Below are positions 24,667 to 38,470 of a stretch of DNA of 64,000 bases, one piece after another (position 1 is the stretch's first letter; each line of letters opens with the position of its first letter). Origin of the DNA: Octopus vulgaris (Eukaryota); NCBI GenBank assembly GCA_951406725.2, contig OX597817.1, positions 56,854,001-56,918,000 on the forward strand. The letters are read 5' to 3'. A program made the translations under genes and the position numbers. Below the pieces are notes generated by a model. It saw only the letters and a program-made list of their open reading frames with translations, searched no databases and was not told the DNA's origin.

Positions 24667-24824
24667 GCATACAGCCACACATACACGTGTAATCACACTC
24701 ATACATCTATTCAAAAACGCATACGTTTATAATATATAATATATATTTATATATCAAACACTAAAGAGCGGGACGCATCCTCTCCACATTTTATATGTAG
24801 GTATAAATACACACACACATGTAT

Positions 24825-24950
24825 ACATACATTTATATATATATATATATAGAGAGAGATATATATATATACATACATATATAGGCACAAAAATAAAAAC
24901 ACGCATATTCATAAGCACATATAAATATCTATGCATATATGTGTGTGTAT

Positions 24951-25004
<54 letters not shown>

Positions 25005-25098
25005 CACATACATACATATATATATATAAATATATATATATATTATATATATATATATATATATAAACACATACATACATATATATATATATATATAA

Positions 25099-25156
<58 letters not shown>

Positions 25157-25266
25157 ATCTTTACATATACGCATTTATATACATATATTAGTGTATATGT
25201 ATATGCGTGTTTATGTTTATGTGTATATATATATATAGTTATATGGATATATACATACATACCTAC

Positions 25267-25297
<31 letters not shown>

Positions 25298-25375
25298 TAC
25301 ATATATAAACATATGTATGTATGCATATATATATATGCACATACATATATAAACATATGTATGTATGTATGTATG

Positions 25376-25414
<39 letters not shown>

Positions 25415-25465
25415 CACATAAACATATGTATGTATGCAAATATATATGCACATACATATATAAAC

Positions 25466-25496
<31 letters not shown>

Positions 25497-25532
25497 TGTA
25501 TGTATGTATGTATGTATGTATGTATATATATA
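24825..25532. repeat. Compound (TA)n/(TACA)n array
   Basis: Read directly from the sequence; source of the spurious 349-aa ORF. Confidence 0.95.
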
Positions 25533-25849
25533 CGTTTGTATATGATACAGAATATATTATTATTAAGACAGACGCACAGACAGACAAAAAATTACTACAA
25601 ATAAAAACAATACTAAAAAAAAGTGTATCTGGTGTCGCTAACATAAATAATAAATATCTATTGAAGTTTATGTTAGAAGAGAGTCTGTCTGAGTTGTTGT
25701 ACTTCTTGATGTTGTTGTTGTTGCTGTTGTTGCTGATACAATGGATGCTGTAATGGAGAGAGAGCAATGCAATAAATAGTGTCGACGTCGTTGTTGATGA
25801 CATTGCTGTTGTTGTTATTATTGTTGTTGTTGCTGTTGTTGTTGTCGAG

Positions 25850-26435
25850 GCATATTGTACTCAGTGATATTATAATGGCGTAGTATTGTAGTTTCGTGAC
25901 ATAGTGTTGTTGCTCGTGTTGTAGCTGCTTGATGACAATGTAATGTCATTTGTTACAGTGGCAGAATACAGTTGTAGTGTATTGGACAGCTTAAGGTACT
26001 CTACTGTTCTATGTACTCCGTTATTCTTCTGGTAGTATTGTCTACTGCTGTACAGTGGAGTACTCTACTGTTTTTGCAGTGGTGTAGTGTACTTCATTTT
26101 TGCAGTGATGAAGTGTACTTTCTTTTTCCAGTCATACAGCGTAATTTGATGCTGTTCTAATATAATGCACTTTGCTGCATCGTACTCTGTTTTCTAGTTC
26201 AGCAGGCACTCAGTCACTGCAGTCAAGTAATGTACTTTGTTAAAGTGGTAGAGTACAGTTGTAGTGGTAATGGACAGCGGTTCAAGTTACGTACTCTACA
26301 GTTGCGTTAATGTACTCTACTGTTCTATGTTTGTACTCCGTTATTCTTGTGGTAGTACAATCCACTGCTGTACAGTGGAGTACTCTACTGTTTTTTGCAG
26401 TGGTGTAGTGTACTTCATTTTTGCACTGATGAAGT
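25850..26435. repeat. Degenerate GTACT/GTAGT-rich tandem repeat with a ~150-180 bp direct duplication
   Basis: ~25967-26115 is repeated at ~26254-26435. Confidence 0.7.
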
Positions 26436-27189
26436 AGTAACAGTTATTGTTATTGTTGTTGTTGCTCTTGTTGGTGGTGGAGTGATTTTGACCGTGTAAA
26501 TGATAGACTGTTTAAAGTCACACTGCCTCAAGTTACCATTATATGCAATAGTGATTCTCAGACAAATAGCAGCACCTCTCAAAAAACAGGTAAAAAAATC
26601 TATGCCGTTCCCATCCCCACACACACCCACACACCCATTGCCGGGCCTAATGACAAGACAACAGCTTTCCTTCATTTTTTTTTCTCGTTGCAATGGTGTT
26701 AGACAAGTTTATAAAAATTTTAAAACCATCCAAATTTTATTGAATAACACAAAGATGTCCTTTCCCCTCATCACAAGCTCCTTCAGTGTTCAGGCCACAT
26801 CCAACCCACATATACTGTAGAATACCAAGTTATCTTTCACAAAATGCAGCGGTTTGATATAACAGACCTTTTTGATATGTTTTCTGTTTTTTTAATTTTT
26901 CTTGAGCCCTGGGAGCTCATAGGGCCTGTTACCCTGTTCCCATGGGGTATTAGTGACCGAGATCACAACATTCTCACTGAACAAGACATAGGTCCATTTT
27001 AGTTTTTGAGGATAAGTCGATTACATTGACCCCAGTACTTGACTGGTACTTTATTTTATAGATTCCGAAATGATGACAGGCAAAACTGATCTTGGCGGAA
27101 TTAGAACTTAGAACAAAATGAGTCGAAAGAAATACCTCTAAGCATTTTATCCAACGCACTAATCAGAGAGCATAGTCGATTACATCAGA

Positions 27190-27915
27190 GAAATATGTTG
27201 CGGTTTAACCCACCGTGAAAATTAAATAATCCATCTGATATCGTAGCTGCATTCTTTCGAGCTTTGGGCAAGCAGTTCATTGTACCCACCCTGAATAGTA
27301 AGATTTAGAATACGGAAAAACTAGCTTACGTCACAACACCAAATACAGCGGAAAATTTAGCGAGATTTAACCGTATGGAATGATACCGCATATCTAAAGA
27401 CACTAACATCCTCTGTTACTCTAGTAACGTAAGTGCACGAAACTAGCTATATAACCATGACATCACACCTAGATTAAATAATCAATGTAGGGACGCGTTA
27501 AATACTAATAGTAACACAACTATATATAACAGCCCAAACAGTTGCAAAAATTGTTCACAGAATAGTGAGAATTATTCATACTATTCTGTGAATAATTCTT
27601 GAAACTGTTGAAATAAATCACTTTGTCCACTCAGTGGACAATGCCTTAGGAAAAATATTATCAACAAATACTCGGTACATGCACCCGACAAAGTTCGTAT
27701 GTATATTGGTGCTACATCTACCTGTTTTAAATCTAGGTTGTATGACCACAAAAACAACTTTCCAAATAGATGTAAGACTACTTTCATATCTTTAGCCAGG
27801 TTCTTATGGATACTCGTCGATATTTGTAGATATGAAATGTGCATATCTGAAACTTATGAACAATTTAAGTGTAGACCGAATCTTATTAAATTCTTAGATG
27901 TCCAGACATAAAGCA
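27190..27915 (+). pseudogene. Degenerate Penelope-like linker and GIY-YIG endonuclease relic
   Basis: NMLRFNPP*K...FFRALGKQF; *NC*NKSLCPLSGQCLRKNII.KY...MYIGATSTCFKSRLYDHK...LARFLW. Confidence 0.75.
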
Positions 27916-28238
27916 CATATCTTTCATGCATACTCCGAGCAACTAAACCCTTCATCCATTGTGGTGCAGCATTTTAAGTAAGAAACAATATTTAAAGATC
28001 GGTACCGTTATTCCTTTGTCTTAATCTTAATATTCTGCTGCTCTGATTTTATAAACTCTGCTGCGATTCCCACATATAATATAGTTACTTGGGTTCTTAG
28101 GATTTAAATACACTTATCATGCAGGCATCTGAGTAAGCTTACCTTTCTTGTTTGCAATGTGTGCGTTGTACCTGATCATTTAGTGGTAGTTAATTTGTAG
28201 AGACCGCTTCCATTGATTCTGTCAACTTGACACCTTAT

Positions 28239-28359
<121 letters not shown>

Positions 28360-28372
28360 CATTATTATTATT

Positions 28373-29037
<665 letters not shown>

Positions 29038-29214
29038 TGTTATTATTATTATTATTATAAAAATAAGAAGAAGAATGAAGAGGAGGAGGAGGAGATGCAG
29101 GAGGAGGAAGGGGAGATGCAGGAGGAGGAGGAGGAGGAGGAGAAGAAGAAGAAGAAGAAGAAGAAGAAGAAGAAGAAGAAGAAGAAGAAGAAGAAGAAGA
29201 AGAAGAAGAAGAAT

Positions 29215-29426
29215 CCATTCTACTGAAGGCACAAGGCCTTGAAATTTTGAGGAGGGAACTAGTCGATTACATCGACCCCAGTGTTTCACTGGTACTTAAT
29301 TTATCGACCTCGACAGGATGAAAGACAAATCAACCTCGAAAGAATTAGAACTGAGAACGTAAAGACGGACGAAATACCGCTAAGCATTTCGCCCGGCGTG
29401 CTAACGTTTCTGCCAATTCGGCGCCT
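29215..29426 (-). mobile_element. SINE family B
   Basis: Reverse complement of the family B head and core. Confidence 0.8.
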
Positions 29427-29453
29427 TATTTAATGATGATGATGATGATGATG

Positions 29454-29593
<140 letters not shown>

Positions 29594-30196
29594 AGCATGT
29601 CCCTAAGATTCCATTTAAAGTTTTCTCAATATAACTGAGCCCAATAAAGCTTTTATTGGGGAGGGCGGTGTTGACGATATGTATATCTTCCCTGATTGAA
29701 TAAATCAGTAGCTTAAATCGGTTTATCAATAACTTTTTCTACTTCGGAAACCTTTTGCTGCCTTTCTCACTCTTTACAGTTCTTTTTAATTTTTTAATTT
29801 AATTTTCTTATATATATATTTTATTTTTCATTTTTTTTTTTTTTTTGTTTGTTATATCTTGTTTTTATGTTTGTTTGTTTGTTTTTTTATCTCTTTCAAT
29901 GTTCCTTGAAAATGGTGCTTCTGAAATCTAAAAAAGTATTTTGCTAACAAATAATTTCTTCCATCCAGCCAAAATCATATAATTTGAGCTAATTCCACCA
30001 TATGCATCGGCAGTTAAATATTTAACGCCCGAAAACTGTTCTGACGAATAGTTCTATTCGGTACGTCGTTATGTTACTAAACAATTATATTTGTTCATGT
30101 GCATGTATGCATAAATGTGTGAAAGGCTTTAATGAAATATATACAATTCTCAAAATCAGCGTCGATGATGCAAGTGAATGTGCACTATGAAACACA

Positions 30197-30226
<30 letters not shown>

Positions 30227-30230
<4 letters not shown>

Positions 30231-30478
30231 AAATAAGCAACGAGGATATCCAGAGGCAATGCAGTACGATCGTTTCATGCTACTCCATTTAATTGAACAA
30301 TGCAATCATTTCATTTGTTCAATTACATGGAGTCGCATGAAACGATCGTACTGCCTTACCTCTGGATATCCTTGTTGCTTATTTTGATTTTAACCACCAT
30401 ATTTTAAAATTGCATGGATAATACCATACTAAATTCTGGTGCCTCAACTTAAGTGCCATATTCATCTGAATATTAATA
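30227..30478. mobile_element. Miniature foldback element derived from a Penelope-like pLTR
   Basis: ~74-bp inverted arms (30227-30300 and 30315-30388) containing GAAA-CGATCG-TA; 3' extension homologous to 18576-18628; (TA)n flanks. Confidence 0.65.
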
Positions 30479-30745
30479 TATATATACACCACCATCGTAT
30501 TTATTATCTTCATTGAAATGAATAGATGTTTAAATATTGTTTTTTTTATTTGAAATAGTAAAGGCTTATCCCCCGCGTTTTACACGACTTCGTTTTCCGC
30601 GAGGATTAGCAGAGCCAACATACCGTACAAACCGAGGGACAAGTGCATAGACCTACTTTTTCTAAGATAGCAGACAGATTTCACAATTATAGTTGTCCCG
30701 TTAACCACTCATTCATTCGCTATTTGATTTGCCATGTAAATATTA

Positions 30746-30777
<32 letters not shown>

Positions 30778-31853
30778 ATGATGATTTTGGTGTGCAAACA
30801 CGCATCGCACTTATAAATAAAAGAAACAAAATAGAATTTAAAGAGGTCCGAGTTGTGAGTGGAAAGCACGTCTCTGAGCTGATCCCTCCAACAAGTAATT
30901 TTATTTATTCGAAATTAACTTTAAGAAACGTTTGCAGGGTTAAAAAAATAAAAACTGGGATCAATTTGATCGACCAAACCCTTCAGGGCGGTGCCCCTGC
31001 ATGGCCGCTAACAAACTAGTAAATGTTAAAGCTCAGCTCAGCTTGTTAGACTTGTCTCCCATGTTACAATTATTTCCATGCAGAGTTATTTCCCATGTTC
31101 GTATTCCCAAATTCGTGAATTGAATTCGTGTTTTCAAACAAATTTCGGGCGAGTCGTTAGGCCAAAAATGAAAATGATAATAGATGCACAGGTTCAATTC
31201 CATTTCTTTTTCACAAGTCAATTGGTTGAATATCTAACCAATCTATTGTTGAATGCGTTGGTTAAACAACCAATCCAAAAGGTCGCGAACGGCGATGAAA
31301 ATCAATTTAACCAACAAACATTTGATTGATTGTTTGACCAGCACTTTAAAGAAACGATGGAGTGGTTAGTTGATTAGATATTCAACCGATTGACTAACAA
31401 TAAAGAAGTGATATTAAAACAGCGCGTGTGTTGTTATTATTGGCATAATGACCCTCCCAAAACTATAAAGTTTATTTCGTGTTTCGAAATGAAGACATAC
31501 ATCACATTTGACAGTAAATACTGATTTCTGATAGATTAATACACGGATGAGGCGGGAATTGGGGAGGGCACAAAACTGAGATGTTTATCTCGCTGAAATC
31601 GGTAAAATTTTACATAACATTAAAGAATGTACAGTAATCGGGTGTTAGTTAATGGTTCATAAACAAAATAGCCTGTGTCACATGGTTGGCTAGTGTTGGC
31701 TACCGGCTAGCATTAAGAAATAGTTTAAAACTGACCATCAGAGGTCAGTGTATTTGTCAAACATTTTTAAAGCTATTTAAATAGAATATTTAAAAGTACG
31801 CAAAATGTCATACGTTTGTGCGCATATCTAGAGTGTGTGCGAGTGTTTGTGTA

Positions 31854-31903
<50 letters not shown>

Positions 31904-31932
31904 GATGGGGAGAATGTGTGTACACGTGTGAC

Positions 31933-31965
<33 letters not shown>

Positions 31966-32105
31966 ATGAGTACGTGCCGCGAGTGTGTGATGCTAAACAC
32001 ACGGTTATATTCGCGTTAATTTATTAATAAACTTTTTTTTTTTCATATTTCCTGATTAGTTCTCTGTTAAATTTGGAATAAAACATGTGTCACTCCCCCC
32101 CCCCA

Positions 32106-32137
<32 letters not shown>

Positions 32138-32463
32138 GCACATATATACATCCATCCACATACATCCATCCACATACATACATACATACATACATACATA
32201 CATACATACATACACACATACATACATACATATACGACGGGTTTCGATCTACCAAATTCACTGACAAAGCATTGGCTTCTTGGTAGCTTCGATTAATCTG
32301 ATACAAGATGCTTTCCCAAGGTGGCCCGCGAATGATAAACAAGTCGAACCGAAATCCATTCTGATTGTTCACGCCACTTGTCCAGAGCTCTGTGTTCCGA
32401 CGCGTAGTATAAACGTCATCAACCGACTAGTAGCATTCACCAGGCGCATAAAACAGTCGCGCC

Positions 32464-32532
<69 letters not shown>

Positions 32533-32737
32533 AAATAGAAAGATGAATAATCTTGTAGCAGATTAATCAAAAGTTTAACCGATACCTTGGTAGCAAAAAT
32601 CACAGCAGAAAACAGCACGGTTGGAGGTACAACCATATGGTGTTGCAACCGTGCGTTGGTGCGGATAATTGAAATTAAAATATTATTGGTGAATTGAAGA
32701 AATGGAGCTGAACGAAGATTGAACAGAAATCGTTTTA

Positions 32738-32826
32738 TTTCATTCTACACGTGTTTCGAAAGGCACAATTTACCAAAATCCGATTGAATAATGAGACCAT
32801 ATTGTGTCTTTCTCTTCAGAAAGAAA
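32738..32826 (-). ncRNA. Type I hammerhead ribozyme (sense pLTR copy)
   Basis: Mirror image of 34573-34661. Confidence 0.75.
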
Positions 32827-33429
32827 TAGGAAATCCGTTGGAAAAAACAAAAACAGAACAGAGGCGGAGCAAAGCAAATCGAACTAGGCTCCTAAGAGCC
32901 CATGGCAAAACTGTTTATCAGTGTATGTTGAGAACCGGTGGCTGAAGATTTTAACGGGTCAGGCAGCGGTCAATCATGTGGGTGAGGGTGTGTAGATGTT
33001 CTTTGTGACCGAGAATAAAGTTCTGACTATTTAAGGAATATTGGATGTTTTATAAGGGGCGAGAAAAAATCTACTTAGAGACATGTGTGTGTATACTGTT
33101 CTATATATGTGTGTGCTGGCGTAGGGGTAGAAAACATTTTTTGTGTACGTGTGTGCGTTTGATCACTCGGCTGTCAGTGGCTAAACCGCTCTCCACAATG
33201 GCTACTGCAGTAAGAACCGTTGGGTGGCAGAAAAAAATATATATTATGTTTTATGTGTGTGTGTGTTCGTCTGAGCCTGCCTTGTCAAGGTAACGCCCCG
33301 TTGTCAAAAAACCAAGCCCCGTTTATCTTACAGGGGTAATTCCCCTTGCAGTGGTTAATCGTAAATATCTTAAAGGCTATTTCAGAATTTGTTACCAAGG
33401 GCTATGGGTGCCGGTATTATTTATAAACG

Positions 33430-34484
33430 CTATTTAAAAGCCAGATAAGTGTAACGCCGCCAATGGGGGGCATCGAAAAGCCGACTGTAAAAGTCCGTTT
33501 TAACCGTGGAGTAATATTTGGAATTTCTGGGGAAGTTATTGGCGATGGCTTGTCTAAACATGAGGGGGAGGTTAGTTCTAATCTGCTTACCAAAGGGAAT
33601 TACAAACCATATATGCTTATTCCTATCTGTGTGATGGGTCGGGACGCCAGCTCTCGCATTCGGGTGGGTGATTCTCGGATGAATAACGGGTCTTGGGTTA
33701 GTGTAAGATCTCCCGGACCGATAATTATCCTTGTTCACTAAGTTAAATGCGGGAGCGACTGCCCCGGCATCCGCCGCGCTCCCGTCCTTACTTAAATTGT
33801 TTATGTTATTATAGACGGCCCTATCCTGATGACCGAATGATGGCATCGGAAGGGCCGGATCAATATAAATTACCTTCTGCCTATAACCGGCCTTGGATAG
33901 TGCGGCGTTACAAAATTCCGCTTTCTGCATAAAAATATCGGCACTGGCGGACAAGCCAGACAATCTTAGAGAGATGTTTTTAACCAAATTGTCTGTTACG
34001 GTTTTGGCATGATTTGAGAAGACACTGACATACTTCAAATTAGTGGAAGGCTTATGGTAAGGGCAGTATGAGTCGCTATTAAGGTTAAGTGTAACGTCTA
34101 GGAAATTAGCCTTGGTGAGTTCATTATCAAAAACTATACTCATGCCCATTCTATTAAAAAACCTAGCTAACCTGCTCTTAGTTTTCTGCACTATTCTGTT
34201 CGTGGTGTTTTGCAGGTAAAACAGACAATCGTCACGATACAGGCCGCCCGCGATCTCGGGAATTGGTCGGACAATTCGTAGAGAATATATATTCCGACCA
34301 AATCGGCTATCTGCGCACTATCCGAACTACCCATAGGCACATCAAATTCATTGGGAGTATCTTTACGGATCCACAACTTATTATCAAACTTAATAAACGA
34401 TTTCCTGGCAACTAAAATGATATCTATCTCTTCTCTGGTGAGGCCAGCCTTGTTGTGAGCATGCCAAAGGGCCTTATTTAGCAC
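33430..34484 (-). pseudogene. Penelope-like reverse transcriptase fragment (possibly Nematis-type), frameshifted, no GIY-YIG domain
   Basis: FDVPMGSSDSAQIADLVG, GGLYRDDCL (YRDD at 34228-34239), NFLDVTLNL, PYHKP, SNH, IWFVIPF. One-base frameshift near 34258. Confidence 0.88.
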
Positions 34485-34572
34485 ACAGTTTTGCCATGGG
34501 CTCTTAGGAGCCTAGTTCGATTTGCTTTGCTCCGCCTCTGTTCTGTTTTTGTTTTTTCCAACGGATTTCCTA

Positions 34573-34661
34573 TTTCTTCCTGAAGAGAAAGACACAATAT
34601 GGTCTCATTATTCAATCGGATTTTGGTAAATTGTGCCTTTCGAAACACGTGTAGAATGAAA
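34573..34661 (+). ncRNA. Type I hammerhead ribozyme (inverted pLTR copy)
   Basis: UUUCUUC-CUGAAGA-GAAAGACACAAU[loop]AUUGUGCCUUUC-GAAA-CACGUG-UA-GAAUGAAA; predicted cleavage after 34653. Confidence 0.8.
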
Positions 34662-34713
34662 TAAAACGATTTCTGTTCAATCTTCGTTCAGCTCCATTTC
34701 TTCAATTCACCAA

Positions 34714-34787
<74 letters not shown>

Positions 34788-35885
34788 CTAGCTTAAGGTA
34801 ACCCGCTCTACGCGCGGGTAAGAGTGTGGTTGTTACTTTCTGTTGCTTCCTTTCAGCACGTAAAAAGCACCATCCGAACGTGGCCGATTGCAGCCCCCCT
34901 GGCACATGTGCCGGCGGCACGAAAAAAGCACCCACTATACTCACAGAGTGGTTGGCGTTAGGAAAGGCATCCACCTGTAGAAACACTGCCAGATCAGACT
35001 GGAGCCTGGTGCAGCCTCCTGGCTTCCTAGACCCCGGTCAAACTGTCCAACCTGTGCTAGCACGGAAAACGGACGTTAAACGATGATGATGATGATGATT
35101 CTCCCTCTTTGTTTCTCTCTCACTTTCCCACTCTCTTACTTTTCTTTTCGCTCGGACTCTCCCTCGCTTTCTCTTACTCTCTATCTTTATCTATCTCTCT
35201 CCCATTTATAAACAACAAAAGATCTTGAGTAAGTTGAGAAATAAAATATTTAGAAAGATCAATCATAAATATCAGGCAGTGGCAACGGAAAGGTCTGCTT
35301 CAAGGCAGACAGCAAAACACTAACATTTAAAAGGGACAGACGAACTTGCGAGCTGAATAAAAATAATAAAATATTGGAAACCAAAGTTTGAAGGGATAGA
35401 ATCTGAGGATAGTAGACTCACCATGGCTGGCATTTCTTAACGACGGACAGCAACGTATTGACAGTTTAACGGCTGGCGTAAAATTTTGAACTTGATGTAA
35501 AAGAAAATTCCTAAACACCAAGTTTTGAAGTGATTCTTTCTCACAACAGTAGACTCACCATGGCAAGCATTCAAAACTTCTTCATCATGGACGGCAACAC
35601 ATTGACGATTAAAATGCTGGCGCAAATTTTTTAGCTTGATGTAACAGAGAATTCCTAAACACCCGCTTCTTTAAATTTTAATCCCCTTCCAGCCCCATTT
35701 ACACATTTTGGTTAATATAACCCGATTTCATTTGGGTCTACGGGGGCCACATTTTATAAGATGAGGAATTTTGTCCTAGAGGTCACGCCTTTCATTTGAG
35801 GAAAAAAATAGTTGTCATGCAAACTTGCCAGCACTTTTAACATAGGTGTGCATATTTTCAGCTCAACCGACCATATAATGCACAC

Positions 35886-35982
<97 letters not shown>

Positions 35983-36622
35983 ACGCATTATATATACAAA
36001 TGTATACAAATTATATATATATATGTATAAATTAAATTAAAGATGAAACCACTAATAGGCAAATCAAACAGTGAAAAACATAAACCAAAACACAAAAATA
36101 AAAACATAATATACAAAATATATAAAATATAAAATTTTAAAATTTAAATTAACCCAATAAATATCTGATTCATAATATTTTTTCTCATGATTGTGTGGTG
36201 GTGGCGGCGATGATAATTCTGTCTATGAATGCAGACAGACGTAGAGAGAGAGTGTGTGTGAAAGCGCTGTCGAAGGCGGGGAGGCGGGAGATATAGAACG
36301 CCGTTTGAGGACGTTATAAAGAGAAAGTGAAGGGGAGTTAGACGCTGTTAGACGACGTTATATATAGAAAGTGATGGGAAGGGAGGAAAGAGAGTGAGTG
36401 ACGGAGGAAGACAGATACATAAAAGAATGAGACTAGACTTGTCAAAGTGCGTTTTTGACCCTAGCAACGACACCTAGCCCACTCGCATCCTCACCTCATT
36501 TTACATGTCCCTGTAAATTTTGGAGTCAATCCGACGGGATCTAGTGGCCTTTAACCCGTTCTCAATGCCAAAACCAGACAAACAAACAAACAAACTTTTC
36601 GCATTTCAGTTTTATAAATAGA
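34788..36622 (-). mobile_element. Helitron-like region (one composite element or two adjacent ones)
   Basis: 3' end ACCCGCGCGTAGAGCGGGT hairpin plus CTAG|T at 34788-34820. Candidate 5' end A|TCTATTTATAAAACTG at 36622; an alternative 5' end lies near 35890. Contains a SINE fragment. Confidence 0.5.
34856..35098 (+). mobile_element. 3' part of a SINE with a (GAT)n tail
   Basis: GTTGGCGTTAGGAAAGGCATCC core; ends GGAAAACGGACGTTAAAC(GAT)n. Confidence 0.65.
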
Positions 36623-37659
36623 TATAAGAGAACAAAGTGTACGTACGCCGCTGTATATATATGTATATAAAATAAAATACAAAATGGGACAAAAACGCAA
36701 AACATCCGGACAACTCTGTCTGTCTGTCTCTCTGACTCTCACTTTCTGACTCTCACTCTCTCTCACGCTCTGTTTCTGTTCTCTTTCTCACTGTTTCTTT
36801 GTCTCTCTGTGTACGTTTGTGTTTGTATGTGCTTGTGTGCCTAAATTTGTGTATGTGTGTGTGCGTATATGAGCGTGTGTGTGTCTGTCTGTCTATGTGC
36901 GTGTATGTGTGTGTGCGTTTTATCTCAAATGTCTTTTTCTCATTTAAAAAAAGAACGACGCCATTTTAATCAACGCACAACTGGATGGTTGTAGCAAGTC
37001 GATTCATGAGTTACTTCCCTTGTACAGAGTTATTCCCCATTAATAATTTTTTTGTTTTTGATATCGTTACACACAACTGTCAAACTTTGAATGAATAATC
37101 TCGTTTCAGTCATTAGACTGCGGCCATGCTGGAGCACAGCGTTGTGGAACTTTTTCTTGAAGTCCAGCACTTATTCTATGGGACGCTTCTGCCGAACTGC
37201 TAAGTTATAAGGAGGTAAACATACCAGCACCGGTTATCAACCTCGATGGAATTTGAACTCGGAACACATACAGAACGCGAGCAACACCGAGCTCTTACCC
37301 GATTATACTTTATTCGATTATATCTAACATAATTATTTTATCTACTCACCTAACCCTCACACAATCACAATTCTATATTATTTATTACATTGAGATCCTG
37401 CTCCTATCTCATCACTTATCTTAGCTTATCACTTTTTAACATTTGATAATGTTTTCTTATTTCATCAGATTAAATATAAGCTATCATTCTATCGTTCGCT
37501 CCTACACGCATTTTTTTCTCTCCTTGTTTTTTTTCTGTGTATCCTTCTATCGAAGAGCGTAGACTCGAAACGTAAAAGACTTTTTCTATTCCTGAGCGCT
37601 ATACTAATACATTTGTTTGTTTGTACTCCACCTGCCTTCGTCTTTCGTAAACTTTCCCG

Positions 37660-37707
<48 letters not shown>

Positions 37708-37732
37708 TACATATATATATATACATACATAC

Positions 37733-37825
<93 letters not shown>

Positions 37826-37855
37826 TAGATATAGATATATATATATGCATATGTG

Positions 37856-38121
37856 GTGACAGGACGTCACTAACGGGGCAAATAACATGCAATACGCAAA
37901 CAACGAGAGAAAATAATGGAAAGCAGGATAGGTTAACACAGAGAAAGGACCCCTCATCAGTTGTCAGCTGTCTATCCACTCCTCTGCTCAAAATGAGAAG
38001 TGGATAAACAGCCGACAACTGATGAAAGGTCTTTTCTCTGTGTTAACCTGTCCTGTTTTCCATTATTTTCTCGTTGTTTACGTATTTCATGCTATTTTCC
38101 CTGTTGGTAACGTCCTGACAC
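37856..38121. repeat. Foldback element with ~130-bp inverted arms
   Basis: 37856-37984 pairs with 37995-38121 (mostly transition mismatches); related half-copy at ~59494-59640. Confidence 0.85.
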
Positions 38122-38140
38122 TATATATGCATATATATAT

Positions 38141-38401
38141 ATGAAGAAGGTGAAGATAGAGCCAACTTTTGTTGGGTCCTTGGGAACAATATCAGAAGGA
38201 ACAAGAGTCACATAAATGAAAGTGGAACAGAGTGCTCAGTAGAACTGTTACAAAAGATTTGCCTCCTTGGCAAGGCCAGAATAATCAAAAAAGTATTAGA
38301 TAATTGAAAAGAACAGATAGCATGGTATCGTAGGCTGTAGGTAGTAAGCCCACTACGCATGCAAGACTCCAGGAGCTCCAACAACACATGTGATAAAAAG
38401 A
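38141..38401 (+). mobile_element. 3' fragment of another R4/Dong-like RLE element with an (AAT)n tail
   Basis: MKKVKIEPTFVGSLGTIS/..VELLQKICLLGKARIIKKVLDN* aligns with the C-terminus of the 15-17 kb element, but the 3' UTR differs. Confidence 0.7.
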
Positions 38402-38423
38402 AATAATAATAATGATAATAATG

Positions 38424-38470
<47 letters not shown>

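Larger units (their letters stand above)
32530..34720 (-). mobile_element. 5'-truncated Penelope-like retroelement with an inverted 236-bp pLTR, inserted in (TA)n
   Basis: Inverted repeats 32679-32914 and 34485-34720 (one mismatch seen); RT coding sequence between them; hammerhead motif in each arm. Confidence 0.9.

Noticed and set aside
27600-27611. TGA codons in the CNCR-like motif as possible selenocysteine
   Set aside because: The relic has other stops and frameshifts and I see no SECIS; ordinary decay explains it
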